This document shows positions 40,817 through 53,655 of a DNA stretch of 64,000 nucleotides, one piece after another; the first letter of the stretch is position 1; each line of letters opens with the position of its first letter. Origin of the DNA: Selaginella moellendorffii (lineage: Eukaryota > Plantae > Lycopodiophyta); NCBI RefSeq assembly GCF_000143415.4, contig NW_003314264.1, forward strand, positions 90,107 to 154,106, written 5' to 3'. Under the pieces are notes generated by a model. The model made no database searches. It saw nothing but the letters and a program-made list of their open reading frames with translations, and was not told the origin of the DNA. Made by a program: the position numbers and the translations under genes.

Positions 40817-41960
40817 CTGCCATAAGCAGTGACATATTTTATCAATGTGTTAAAAAGGTTTGATTTCCTTGTGCCTCCCACACCATCAACAAAGAATAAT
40901 CTGCTTGTTTCCTTTTTGTTTTGTATTGCATTTAAAACGTTGTTAAATATGTGAAGCTATTCCATGTTCAATCTGGTTTTTAGTAATTCAGTTTCATTAG
41001 GTGTGTATGGCACACAGCTTGTTTCAGTTGTTTCATTATCTCCTATAAACTCTTGATCTAGTAACTCGTAGTTGGATAGTTTCTTGCCATGTTCCTGGAG
41101 TAATATTGACATTTCATGCAATCCATGTTGCATTGCTGCTTCATAGTTGTTGTGATCTCAGACCAAGTCTTCAAACATGCCTTATTATCCCATAGTTTTT
41201 GGGATCATGAGCTCGCAAAACAAACACATGACACTGAATAGATACTTACTTTTGCAGGCATTTGAAATGTCAATGACTCTTCTAAACATTTCTCCCACTC
41301 ATAATCATCCTGTAGAAGTTCCCATTTCTTGTGTAGTAGAACAGTATGTGTCACCGTTTAATACCTTTAAATCACTAAAACTTGTAGCACCTTTTATGTA
41401 GAGTAGGAGCATACATAGGTAGAAACGTTCAGAGTCATGTGGTGATACAGTGTACATTCTACCGACCACCTCGAATGCACGTTGGCGTAGTGTCCACTTT
41501 CTGTTTCTTGGATTCCATGTATACCACTCACGAATCTCATGGTGCAAGAATGTCCTTGGAAATTCATCAATCTTGTTTAGTTCAAACCATCCTGTCAATT
41601 TGGTTTTATGGCCTCTTTGTAATGCAATCTCTTCCTCACCATCCTTGAAATAAATATTTTGAAGGTTTTCCAGGTGGATGTCCAGTCTCTCAATAGAATG
41701 TGATCTCCCATGTAAGTCATATCCATAAATCCTCCATATTCTTTCTGATGCGGAGACATAGCGGCAGTTTCTAAAAGCCTCTATTTTGTCTCAGTCTAGT
41801 AATTGTTCAAGTGTTGAGTTCTCATCCCTTTGAAGGCGTACCTCTGACAATCATGTCCCTTGTATATGTATTTGAATATATACTTGACACTTTTTACAGT
41901 GGAACACACCTCGGCATTTATATGTGCTCTGTATTTACTCACTCCTTGAGAGGAATAATG
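40817..41960 (-). mobile_element. Helitron Rep/helicase relic, truncated by element C
   Basis: SVKYIFKYIYKG, RYVSASE..WRIYGYDLH, TGWFELNK..VGRMYTVSPHDSERFYLCMLL..KGATSFSDLK, and decayed Walker A LFFVDGVGGTRKS at the junction. Confidence 0.88.
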
Positions 41961-44361
41961 AATCTTAGTTCCACAATTTGCATAGATTATCTAGTTTAGA
42001 CTATCAAGAATCAAGAACAGACCTAAAGTATTTTCTCTTGCACAAGAGTGATTTTAGAGTATCATTTATGGATAAGGGAAATAGCCATATATGTTCCATT
42101 TGAGTGATAAAATAACAAACTCTGGTAAGTGCTTCTCTATCGTTGTTTTTTTATTTTTTCTTTGTTTTATCTATCTAAATTTAGCAGTGTGAGTTATAAA
42201 AGACACAATCTAAATCAGCTCGGTAGATGAGTTTCAAGAATTTTACTCTTAACAAAGATGGTGCATTTTGTGTTGCAAAACTTTTATAGAAGAATCTGAT
42301 ACTACCTGTAGAAATTATAAGAAAAGTTCATTGCCATTCATACAGATGCTAGGCCTTCTACTGTGACAATGACCAAAGCATCTGAATTTGAATGTGAATT
42401 CGGTGAAAACCATTTCTTCTATTTGCAGAAAAGATATCCTTCCTAATGCTAAGTTAGGTTTTATTTGATCAGTGCATATCTTTGTCTGATTACGCCGTGA
42501 TCCATCTCTCCCTGGGACAATGTAGAGTGTATCATTGCCACAATACCTATAGAAACTGTTGGACCAATAACACTGCATTGCCATACTCAAAATTTAATTT
42601 AATTTTGAAATTTACACTCATCCAACTTAACATCTTTGTGAAGTGTGTGTTTATTATTATCTTCTTTAATCTCTCTTTTATATATGGCCTTTATTGTCTT
42701 CAGTCTTTATTAGTTTATTTCCTTGTCATATTTGGTTATGCTAGATAATCAAAAAATTTCCAAATTCTGAAGATGTAACAATAATAAGTATAAATAAGAT
42801 AAGAAAGAGATTAATAGAGTAAAAATTACTGTTTCTTCAAGCTCCTAAGTTTGGAAAACCCCTACTTGTAACTGTGACTCCATTCTAAAAAGGATAGTTA
42901 GCAACTGTTTTAAAAAAAATAAACACAAGCATGGAAAGTAAAACATTTATCCTTTCCTCATGCTCCCTCAGTTGATGAATAGCTTTAGTATCATTTATTG
43001 TACAAGAGTTAATGATATAGAAAATAGACCTATCTTATTCCTTATATGGAATCTTATATGGAATTTTATATGGAAATAAAAATGTTTTCTATTCTATGTC
43101 TTCTTCCACAATCGTACAACTAGCCTCTTCCAGAATAAGAGTTCTATCTTTGGAAGCATGCAAAAATTGATTTCAGTTCTGATGAAAACTGGGTTCTCTT
43201 TGGTTCAAGAGAATGTATATCTATAGTTCCTGGATTAACCACACTAATTTTTTGCTGATTGTGACATTTGAATAACATATCATATATGTTTCAAAAGTAT
43301 TACATTCCAAGACTTTATTTGCTGCTAAATTAGTATTTTGGAAAATAAGTCTGTTATCATGATTATTTAGAGCATTTAATGAGTCATCGATTGTATCAAC
43401 ATCCTTCAATGTTCAAACATTATGGATGATGTGTTTTGACTGAGCTTCAGCTTGTTCAGATCTAAATTCTAGTTTTTAAATTAATCTACACATAACAATT
43501 ACATAAATCTAGTTTTTCTTGTAAATTTTTTTATTTATTTGTAACTTGACCTTTTGAGAATTTCATTGTTTGTTTTCATCATCCAGTAGTGATGATATGT
43601 ATCTTTCAGAACTTTGTCTAAAATTTATAATTGCCTTTTTAGTGTAGAGATTGATAGTTATACCTTGGAGATCATCAAACTCCACAAATACTTTTATATG
43701 GGAATGGAACATTTTCTTTGTATATAGCCTTTCTTTTTTTGGTAACAAAAGTAATATAAGCAGATGGTCCCTCATATCCTATATTGTTGCAATTATTATT
43801 ACTGTATAAGAAGTTATTACAAAAATTTAAAATTATAGAAAGGATTCTAACCAAAATCTTTTATGTATAACTTGCAAGTGGTGTTCTAGTCATTAAATAT
43901 TAAGTTTTTTTTCAAATACTTGTTTATTATGTGTAGAATCCATAAACTTTTCTTCAAAAACTCCTAAACCATCAGAATTAGAAATGTTAGAAAGTACTAA
44001 AATGAGTAACAAAACTTGTCAAGAACACCATATCCGTTGCTATTTGATGAATTCCATATTCTTCGGAATAACATGTCTTTTGTCCCTACAAAATCACACA
44101 AAACTCTTGATCTCTCAAATTTCAGAAAGAATTTATCCCCTTTATGCTGTTTTGATAGTTTTGCAGTGCTAGACTTGAAGCAAAAGACTGAATTGAAAAG
44201 AAGATATTTGTGAAACTTTGAATTAGAGCATTTAATAATTATATTGTCCTCTCCATATTTATAGCTATTTACTGTGCCTAAATCTTAGAAATAAGTTTAA
44301 GATTATAATAGTAAAGTGATATACTATAATAAGTGTAATAATAAGCCTATATCTTGCTCAT

Positions 44362-45470
44362 TGTAGTGCACATAGTTTTTTCCCTTTATCCTATAGTGAT
44401 TTACCATAGGATAACACCATAAAGTGGAATATAAACCCTCAATATGCCACGTGTCATATGCCACGTGTCTATAGGACAATGGTGTGGAACCCGAGGTTCA
44501 AGGCCTTGGGCCACTGAACAAAAGAACGGTGCCAAACTAGTATGGAGCTAAGAAGTGATGGAACCGGATCATGGAGCAACTCCCAAGCATACAGCCCAAG
44601 GAGCAAAGGGACAAGAGCCTAGAGCAACTTGGAACAGTCCTAGAGCAACCAGTATCCCAATGCCAAGACTAATACGCAAAACAAAGCCAAACGGAGCCAA
44701 ATGGAGTCTGATGCTATTTTGGCATACAAGTGGCCTAATGCAAGGACATGGGTACTCCACCAACTAGCATAGAAAAGAACTTGGGCTTAGACCCAAGCCA
44801 GACACAGAACAAGGACAGACATGCAAGTGGGAGCTAGACTATGCCTCAGGTTGGTCAACCATGTCCAACCTACCACTATCCCTACTATACATTTGGAACT
44901 CCCCATNNNNNNNNNNNNNNNNNNNNNNNNNNNNNNNNNNNNNNNNNNNNNNNNNNNNNNNNNNNNNNNNNNNNNNNNNNNNNNNNNNNNNNNNNNNNNN
45001 NNNNNNCCCCCCCCCCCCCCCCCCCCCCCCCCCGAGGAACACATGCCGAGGAACACATGCTTTGGGCTTTCACCCCAAGCCTCCCTTAGTACCAGGAGTT
45101 AGTCTTTGGGACAAATTCAAAACTTACTAAATATGGAATGTCTTTAAATTGCAAATTTGGACATGGGACGAACACCATTGTGTTGAGGACAATCTCTACA
45201 TTCTGTAGATATGCCAAATGAGCAAATCTAGACACTTTCCATAAATAGTATTTTGGGACCAAAATGAAACTAACACAAAGGGCATGATAGCAAGGGTGTT
45301 TAGCAGACACGGTAAACTATTATCGAGTGATATTGAGGGACTAGCCTTAATACACAAGGGTTTTTGTCAAGCCAGTGCAAGACAAAGCAAAAGAGAACTA
45401 AAATGTCAGGTTGAGTATGCTCAGCTAAATAGACACTTAGGAATTCCTTCCTTATGCTCATCCGGCCAAG
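44362..45470 (-). repeat. Solo or truncated LTR of the element C family
   Basis: Reverse-complement match to 39990-40816 and 33970-34849, with end TGTAGTGC at 44362; contains a 100-N gap (44907-45006) next to the poly-C tract. Confidence 0.9.
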
Positions 45471-46449
45471 TATCATTTGTGGCTTTCAGTACAGAATCAG
45501 GAACTGAAAATAAAAAGTGCAAGGCATGAAACTATTTTTTGTCAAGAGTATCAGGGACATCGAGCTTCTTAATATAAGAAAAATCCAGATGGTTCTGAGT
45601 GAATACACTGTCAAAAATGGATTTCTTTTTCAAATCAAAGATTTGTATGGCAGAAAGATGAATCAGCAGATATAGTGAATGTAAGAATAAAAAAAATCAA
45701 TTGAGGATAAAAGGATCTAGATTTTACAATCGAAACTGGAACTCAGGTAGGACTATAAGAGCCTGATGAGTTTTTTATCACTATATGGAAAATTTCCAAG
45801 TACATTTCTTTCAAAGCGTTATAGAGGGTCCTGTGAAACAGGTGTCTTTGAGTTCATGTATTTAAATTAACTGCTTGATAGAGTACTCATGTATTCATGC
45901 GTGCAAATGAAGATCAAAAGCTTGAAAATGAACATTGTCTATTAAGAGTACACTATATATCTAAAACTTATCTCATACCAGATTATGTCTACTATGAAAC
46001 ACTGGTTTAGTTTGTCATCTTAACCTGTGCATCACATTCTATGAGATTTTTTATTGCATTGAAACTATTTGCTAAACATTCAATTAAGTTTACTGGAACA
46101 CTGCTTGATTCTTATTATAATGAGGCTTATAACATTAACTTTGGCCAATCTTGCTAAACAATAGACTATGGCCGGTTTAGTAAAAGGGTGATAAAACGTG
46201 TGTGGTTGTAAAAGTCAGTTCTTATGAGATTCTTACAACTTCTGATTTTCCACGATGGTATCATGTGGAGCATGGTCACAAGTTTGAGTTTCTTTGTATT
46301 GTTTTGCCAAGATGAAACTTAATCTTTGTTTCTTCTATTAGAATATGATTGGTCGCTGCTGAGTAAGAGCTCGCAATGAGCTTACTTTTTTACTAATCCT
46401 CTTAATTGATTATTCAACTTTTCTATTTCAGCTTGAGCTTCCAAACACA

Positions 46450-47410
46450 TTCACTCTACCTAAAGTTCATTTTAAGAAGATGTAACATAAGGAACAGTTC
46501 TACCTCCTTCTTATTCTTCATGAGGGACAAGGTCATTACTCGTTGAGTGTCAAGCTGATCAGTAATTGACTCCAAATCTTGGAACAACTCGTTTTCTTTG
46601 TTTTTTCTTCCCTCAACAAGTCTGCTGTAGCCACCTGTTGATTTGATGAAATTAATATATGAGGAGACTAAAACCAACCTTTAGTTCTTCTAAAAGATTT
46701 TGATGTTTTTCTGTCATTACCATGAGCTGAGAAAATTCAGATGACTTTTGAACTGCTTAAAGCCTGCCTTTTACTCTGTCAATGGTGCTCATAAGACTTT
46801 GATTTTGGATTCAAATATGGTGTTTCTTAGATGATTCTTGTTCTAATGTCTTAGAAAAGATTCTTTTCTCCTCTTCAAAAAATTTGCAGACATCCAATTT
46901 AACAGCTAAACCTGTCCTCGAGGTGTTGTTTCACAGCACTGGTAGTGCTCACAGTGTTTGTCAACCCTGTAGTTTGTTCACACATTCTTCCATTCAAATC
47001 TCTTGCTGCCTGTGCAATTTCTGAAGCTCAATTTCACAGGCCTGTGCCTACACTTCCACATTAGAGCCACTTAGCATGCATGAAAATAAGTTGAGTTAAA
47101 CCTTGTCCAAACTATTCCTAACAGCAGCTTCGATCTCAGCAGAAGCTTCCTGTTCCTGTAGAAATCAACGAGTGGAATGATAAACAAAAGCAACAGAGAG
47201 AATACACCTGCTTCTGAAAGTTTTCATGTTTTGCCTTTGTGCTTCACAAATCTTCCTCAGCTTGCTTGAGCTGTATAAATAGGAACGACGTCTGTCATAT
47301 GTAACGTTAAAAACAACAACCTTCAAGGGATGCTCTTGTCAGGAATTGAAGGAGCAAAATCCTTGAGGATCAATGCATTAGTTTTGGCAGGGTTGGCAAC
47401 CACCAATTCC
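46450..47410 (-). pseudogene. Exon fragments of an unidentified coiled-coil gene
   Basis: Short GT-AG bounded exons (LKQAEEDL*STKAKHENFQKQ|EQEASAEIEAAVR; ENELFQDLESITDQLDTQ) with stops. Confidence 0.35.
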
Positions 47411-47457
47411 AAATTCCAAATGCTGATACGTTTTCTATTTATATGTTAACTAACCAC

Positions 47458-47557
47458 NNNNNNNNNNNNNNNNNNNNNNNNNNNNNNNNNNNNNNNNNNN
47501 NNNNNNNNNNNNNNNNNNNNNNNNNNNNNNNNNNNNNNNNNNNNNNNNNNNNNNNNN
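47458..47557. other. Assembly gap (100 N)
   Basis: Run of N. Confidence 1.
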
Positions 47558-48239
47558 GACTTATAGATGGAGATAGACTATGATTGATGAGAGCAGCGAA
47601 CCTCATGGCACGGTGAAATGATGAATTACATAAGCGCTTCTGGAAAAATGCTTCGAAAAAACTGGTTTACCCTAAAAACTAAAAATGTTCCACTCTCAAC
47701 TGTTTTTTTCCCACGTGTCTTCATCTCCACTATTAAGCTCAAAAAGAATCTCAATTGAATATGTCGCCCTTACTCTTTTAAATCATCCTGAAGGATGATG
47801 TGCTGAGATTGCTTCATTTTCACATCTTCATTTTCCAATCCATCTTTTTTCCTACACAAACATCAAACATCAGTAAGTGATCCACATAAATGAGAAAGAA
47901 AAGTGCCACAAAGATATCAGAGTCAATAACAATAAAAAAGAATAATTGTATTGATTGTGAGCCATTAGCTTGAATGCCATAGCAGTTTGTAAAAATAATC
48001 ACAAGACTGGATGTGTAGTTTACAATGGCACAAAAGGGAAGAAACCTCTCTTACCTCACTCATTTGATCGAGAAAAACATGACTTGTCATCTTTCTCTCT
48101 GGAACATACACAAAGTGAGCAAATGAAAGGAGTTGAGAATGTAAAGGCACACATACCGGGTGAGCTCGATGACACAGCAAAAGTGTCCATGCCAACATCA
48201 ATCCTAGAGGCCCCACCTTGATCAGGCTGCTCGCATTCT

Positions 48240-48965
48240 AAGGACAAAGGAGACGTTGAGAGCTTTTGCTCAACTTTGGACCTGATGAAGTTCTTACCTA
48301 TGGCAAAGGTGCAACATCAGTTATTAAAGAGTGAAAAGCTACATACCTGGACATGGTTCAGATAGTGGTTCCCTCCAATCACGAACATCTTATCATGTAC
48401 AACCGCTGCTGCATGCTGCACACCAAGGTTTACAATGTTCTTGTTCTAGTTTCACACACAAAAAAAAGACAAACCTGAAGGATCTTGTTCCTGCAAGCAA
48501 AAGTGAAAGTCCCCGTATCAAAAGCATGAACTGGAGATAGAGAGCACTGATGTGAGATGGATCTCAAAGCTCCTCTGCATTACATTAACCTGAGACAGAG
48601 TCAGGGGAGTTTTTTTGAGTGGCCACCCACAACAAACAGCATCCTGTTCTTTCAAATATGAAAACACTCGGGAATATTGTAAGATGAATGTATAAAGCTA
48701 GAAAGATTACCAGGCTATGACCGGCACAAGGTGACAAAATCTGATTTGAAGGGATAAGTGGCATGGACGAGGACAAAAGAGACGTTGGGAGCTTTTGCTC
48801 AGCTTTGGACCTGGTGAAGTTCTTAGATCGAGCACCTACAGCAAAGGTGCAACATCAGTTATTAAAGAGTGAAAAGCTACATACCTGGACATCGTTCACA
48901 TAGTGGTTCCCTCCAATCATGAACATTTTATCGTGTACAACCGCTGCTGCATGCTGCACACTGAG
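48240..48965 (-). pseudogene. ACBP4/5-like kelch-repeat gene fragment with a duplicated exon block
   Basis: QHAAAVVHDKMFMIGGNH..VQ|VLDLRT..LSPCAGHSL|..MLFVVGGHSKNSPDSVS resembles the first kelch repeats of plant ACBP4/5; 48240-48423 repeats 48771-48961. Confidence 0.7.
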
Positions 48966-49018
48966 GCTGAATTTGAATTAGCGACAGGGATGAATTAGAA
49001 TAGTGGAGGCTACATAGG

Positions 49019-49664
49019 GTATCATCTTGTATGAGGTACAATTCAGTAGAATACTTCTTTTTTTTTTTAATTGCAGAAGTTGTGAAACTTAGTCTGGACG
49101 TAGCCTAAAGAAGAAAAACTGTATAAAGGAAAGTTTGTATGAAAGTGTAAGTGTTTATCTTCACTTTCTTGAGCACTTCAGGATTTTGCTTTAGGAAACC
49201 ATCAGCCATCGAGTTGTGACCAGCGTTTATGAGCATGTCTATGATTTCAGTGCTTCCAGAGCCTCTCCTTTGTCATCCAGCTCATCCATAAGCAACGAAA
49301 GAATGCTTGTTTCCTGTGGCTTTCTGGAAGCTCTTCGCTGGTTGATCAGGTCCTGGATAAGCTTGATGACCTTTCACCTGGCCTGAGAATGGGAAAACAT
49401 CACAAAACTATGTAGGACAATGCATATGGCTTTTACCTTCAAGGCTTTGTTGTAGGCAGTGTTGCGGAAGTTGATGGGGAAAGCCTGAATGCCTTGGTTG
49501 ACAATGTAGTACAAGGAGAAAATCTCATCCACATCGAGACTGGAGTCTTTCCTATATAAAATGTAGAGGACAGTTAGATACGTGAACTGTCATATCAGAA
49601 AAAACCAGTATCAACGAGAAAAATAAGACAAAGAGGAAGTAAACATCACTTACCCTTCTCATCT
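49019..49664 (-). pseudogene. CYP88/KAO-like fragment, copy 3
   Basis: Near-identical to ~32262-32914, including the same internal deletion; cut off at ~49665 by a gypsy relic. Confidence 0.88.
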
Positions 49665-49669
49665 ATTGG

Positions 49670-50530
49670 AATTGATATTCCAATGTTTTGTTCAGCCAAA
49701 CACTTGTCATATGCTGGATCTTTGAAAGGATGGCATTCCATTTGGGCACTACTAAAAGTTTTTTGTGACGAAAAATGTTGGACATGTAATTTGAAGTAAT
49801 AACCATGGCATCTTGGTCACTAAATGCTACTCAAAAAATATGAGTGCTTGATTGGGAAAAACAATAATAGCATCATGAGCCTAAGCATGCTCAACCAACT
49901 ACATAAACTTGTTGACCATTTTACTCATGGTGATAAAACCATGTCCATAACTCTGTTACATGATGAACATGCAATAAAGCATCCACTACCACATTTAATT
50001 TCCCTGGACAATTCTTGAAAGGAAACTCCTTAAAATCCATTAATTTGACCATCTAATGAGTTTGCCTAGTGTTCAACTCCTTATGTGTGAATAGATATAT
50101 AAGAGGTTTGTGAACTGTCAACACCACAAACACTACACTATAATAAAAATAGTGCCACCATATCCACAAGGCATGAACAATTGAAAGCAGTATTATTTCA
50201 TACATGGAATATTGTTGCTCCGCAAGATTCAAAGTCAGATTTTTATATGCAATAAGTTGTTGTCTTGTAGCTCCTTCCATTCAAATGGCACATGCTTATG
50301 TAAATACCATATCAAAGGAATAATCACCTTCACAAACTTGGGTAGTAATAAATAGGCATACCAAGGAAATTGCTTGACTCAGCCACTAAAGTTGGTGTAG
50401 GCCAGCTCACCACCACAGTCATCTTGCTTGAATCTATCTTTACACTTAAATTTTGTGATATTCTTCTCTTCCCAAAACTTCTATCTTGGTAGGTTTTCAA
50501 GTAAAGGAGCACAAGGTATTGCCATTGCGA
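49670..50530 (-). mobile_element. Ty3/gypsy pol relic (RT end, RNase H, integrase fragments)
   Basis: WPTPTLVAESSNFLG; IAY..LNLAEQQYSMYEIILLSIVHALWIWWHY..TVHKPLIYLFTHKELNTRQ. Confidence 0.75.
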
Positions 50531-50960
50531 GTTTACTATCTTTTATTACTAAGGGCGACTTTAGTAAATAGAAACTAGAATGTCTTAGATGCTGAATCTA
50601 TAAGAATGGCCTAGAACAGCAAGAAATTTGGTACGTAGAATTTTAAAGACAAGAAAAAGGATAGAAATGCCAGGAAGAGAAAAGGAAAGAAAATCAGTGG
50701 TTAGTTAGCTCTTTTCCATGAACTTAGAGGTTGAGATTCAGGAGAACATCACCTTTTGAGCACTGGGGAACACGAGCCTTCTTTGGTGTTCCAATGTGGA
50801 AAGTAAGCTAGAAAGATTTTTGGCTTCTTGTGTGAAGCTTAGAACCTATGAAACACTAACATTGATTCAAATAAGAGAAAACACTCCTGGCCATCGTCTA
50901 ACCATTAAGCAGGCCTGTACATGCAAATACACATGTGATCAATACATAAGGAGAGTAAGA

Positions 50961-53460
50961 TCAATCTGATGAGCTGGTTTCTCTGACAGTTTTCCCATCC
51001 CTTAATTCAGCTGTTCTTTGTCAGGTCATGCAAACATTTACTTGCAAAAGGTGTTCGAAGAGGTTAGCTGTCTTTTGCCCTCCGTAGAACTCTCTGTTTG
51101 GAACGACAAACCCTTAATCCATGTGGTATAAAATCCATGATGACATCTCTTCGCCGTTAACCTCAAAAAAGTAACTCACTTTATAACAATATGCTCCACA
51201 GAAAAGTTTACTTTTGGCTCCCATAGTACATCGTTGTAGCGGGTTCCTTTAGTCGCGGATATGCCCTTTTGGAGCTTTGACCGATGACCTGGCAGGGTGG
51301 GACACGGGGCACAGCAAGCGGTTGTGACCAGGAATGGGGACCACGTAGACGAATGTTTATTGGTTCTTGGCGAAAGCGAATCTTGGCAGGTTGGGCATGG
51401 GTTTTAAGGAGGTTGGAGGGCGAAGGGTGGAGGGATGATTGAAAAGCAAGAAGTGTAAGGCTGGTTTTGGAGCTCATTTGAGTTTCTGTAAGCCCTTTTC
51501 TGTATCCATGGACCTCGCTTGGGCACACGTCCAACGTTAAACCGCTACATTGTTCGGCTGTTTACTAAACTATTTCTTTGTAATCCACTGTGCATTACCC
51601 AATTTGAGCATGCATAAGAAAACTATTTTGGCTAATAAGATTTTATTCTTCAGCATAATTTTATGTTGTTTCTGTTTCTATCGTCTAAGGGACCGCATGA
51701 TTTTCTTTTGTCCTTGTCCTGCCATAAACACATATAGCTTCTGTGAATATAATGAAAAGTAGAGTGAACCTCAGTTGGAGATAAACTTGCATATGCAAGC
51801 CTGTCACATGCTAGTCTTAGCTCAGACTTTGCGATTGTTTTTGTGGACCACTGTTTGCGGTTAAGATGCCTTCCTGAATTTGTCCTTGATTGTGGTGTCA
51901 GTAGTTCGATATTTGATGATCTAGGAGGAGGCCCTGGCACCATAATTCTCACTCTTTTATGGCCAGAAACGTTTAGTTCAATGCTTTCTTCCTCCAGTTT
52001 TACATTAGCATCTTGAGCATGTAAAACTAATTAGCCATCCAATAGTCTAAGCGACTTACCAAAACGTGGTGTAGACGTGTCACAATCGGGCCTTGTCACC
52101 TTACCAAGCAAAGTACGCAATTTCCGTTGCTTCTCTAGGTGCTCTGTACGTTCGAGCTCTCTCTCCAACTCTTTGACTTTCTGCAGGCACAAAATGAGGT
52201 AAACTCGACTCCACTCTTCCACCAGCTTACCTTTTTCATCAAGGCCCGCGACTGAGCAGCCTGGCCTCTCAAAAAGACCCGTCGTTTAAGCATATTAGTA
52301 GCATCAAATTGCATTGCTTTTTGAAATAGCAGAGACTGTGTCTGGGCAGATGCAGCCTTCCAAGCATTCAGTCTCTCTGGCTGAGGGTTTGGAAATGGCA
52401 AAGCATGAAAAAATGTAAACTTGTATGTGCTTGGCTTGAAAGGGTTTGCCACACCTGAAGCTAAAAAGGGTGTGAATGTTATCACTATAAATAAATTAAT
52501 GGCATACCAATGTGCATTTCGCGGTTTTTCGACCGTGAAGAATGCCTTGCGAACCTAACGATGCTTCTTTCTAAGCAGGCGGCAACTTCCTTAATCTTTT
52601 TTCTCTTATTTGCAATCCTCAGGATTTCTTGTAAATTTTCCATCCTATCATGCTCCTTTCCCAATATCAGGTGTTAGCAATAAGTTTGAATGCCTGTCAA
52701 GAAAAAAAAACCTTTTGCAGTGCTTTCATAAACCTGTGACGCACAACAGCTCTGGCCTCTTCAGCGTACTTTTGCAGGAAATTAACATTTTTCATCTTTA
52801 AGGAGCAACTCGTGAGGGTGATAATAATGCGTATAAGTACTCACTTTGTCCAACATAAGTACAGCAGCTGCTCTATGGCCATCACCAACGTTATTCAGCG
52901 CACATACGCATCTGTTTTCGAGTTCTTTCAGACGATAGTTATGATTTTGCTCCCAATCTTCCTGCAAGGTGGAATCAAGGACACATCGGTTGAAACTACG
53001 AGTACCTTCAGCTGGGTGAAGAATGCTTTTAAGTTCTCTTGCCTCCTCTGCAGATACCGTTGTACTTCCTGTGATGAAAACTGGCGTTCCTGGTCCCGCA
53101 CCTGAAGGACGCACAATCTTTGTCTACCAAAATCACATCAAACGTAACCTGCATCATTCGGGCTTTCCTCATCTTCTGCTGGCAGGATCGCAAATCAGAT
53201 TCCTACTGCTCTTTGGTCATGCGATATGCCATGATGCCACTGTTCTTGAAATGGACTCTGACTACCCAAGAATTGCTTCCAAGAATATTCTTTATCATAA
53301 TCTTGCAAACAATAAAATAGTTTTTTAATCTGTGCTTCACTAGAAGCCTAGCAACAATTTACATTACAATCTTATGAGAAACCTGACACGATGGCGACAG
53401 ACTGCTGCTAATACCAGAAGAAAACCGATTTAAGGCGTCTTTGAATTTTTGAATCGGCAT
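50961..53460 (-). CDS. Multi-exon gene with a CEP295/Ana1 (DDC8-like) N-terminal coiled-coil domain (3' end approximate)
   Basis: Spliced: KMRKARMMQ|VRDQERQFSSQEVQRYLQRRQENLKAFFTQLK|EDWEQNHNYRLKELENRCVCALNNVGDGHRAA, resembling the CEP295 N-terminus (RLLQVREQER..LRAEWE..SLRSMGEGHRQA, from memory); ATG at 53460. Confidence 0.65.
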
Positions 53461-53655
53461 TTGGAATTCTTCCACAACTTTGTTCTATTTTCTCTTTCAC
53501 AAATATCTAGAAGTTCAGGGTTTGAGCTTTTTTGCAAAAAGCCCAGCATGTGGAGTTTACATATGCAATATACATAAATGTCATGCACAAATAAACAATA
53601 TCGCGACCAGTCCTTTTTTATTAACTGCCAAATAGGGTTTTGCAGTCAAGCGGCA

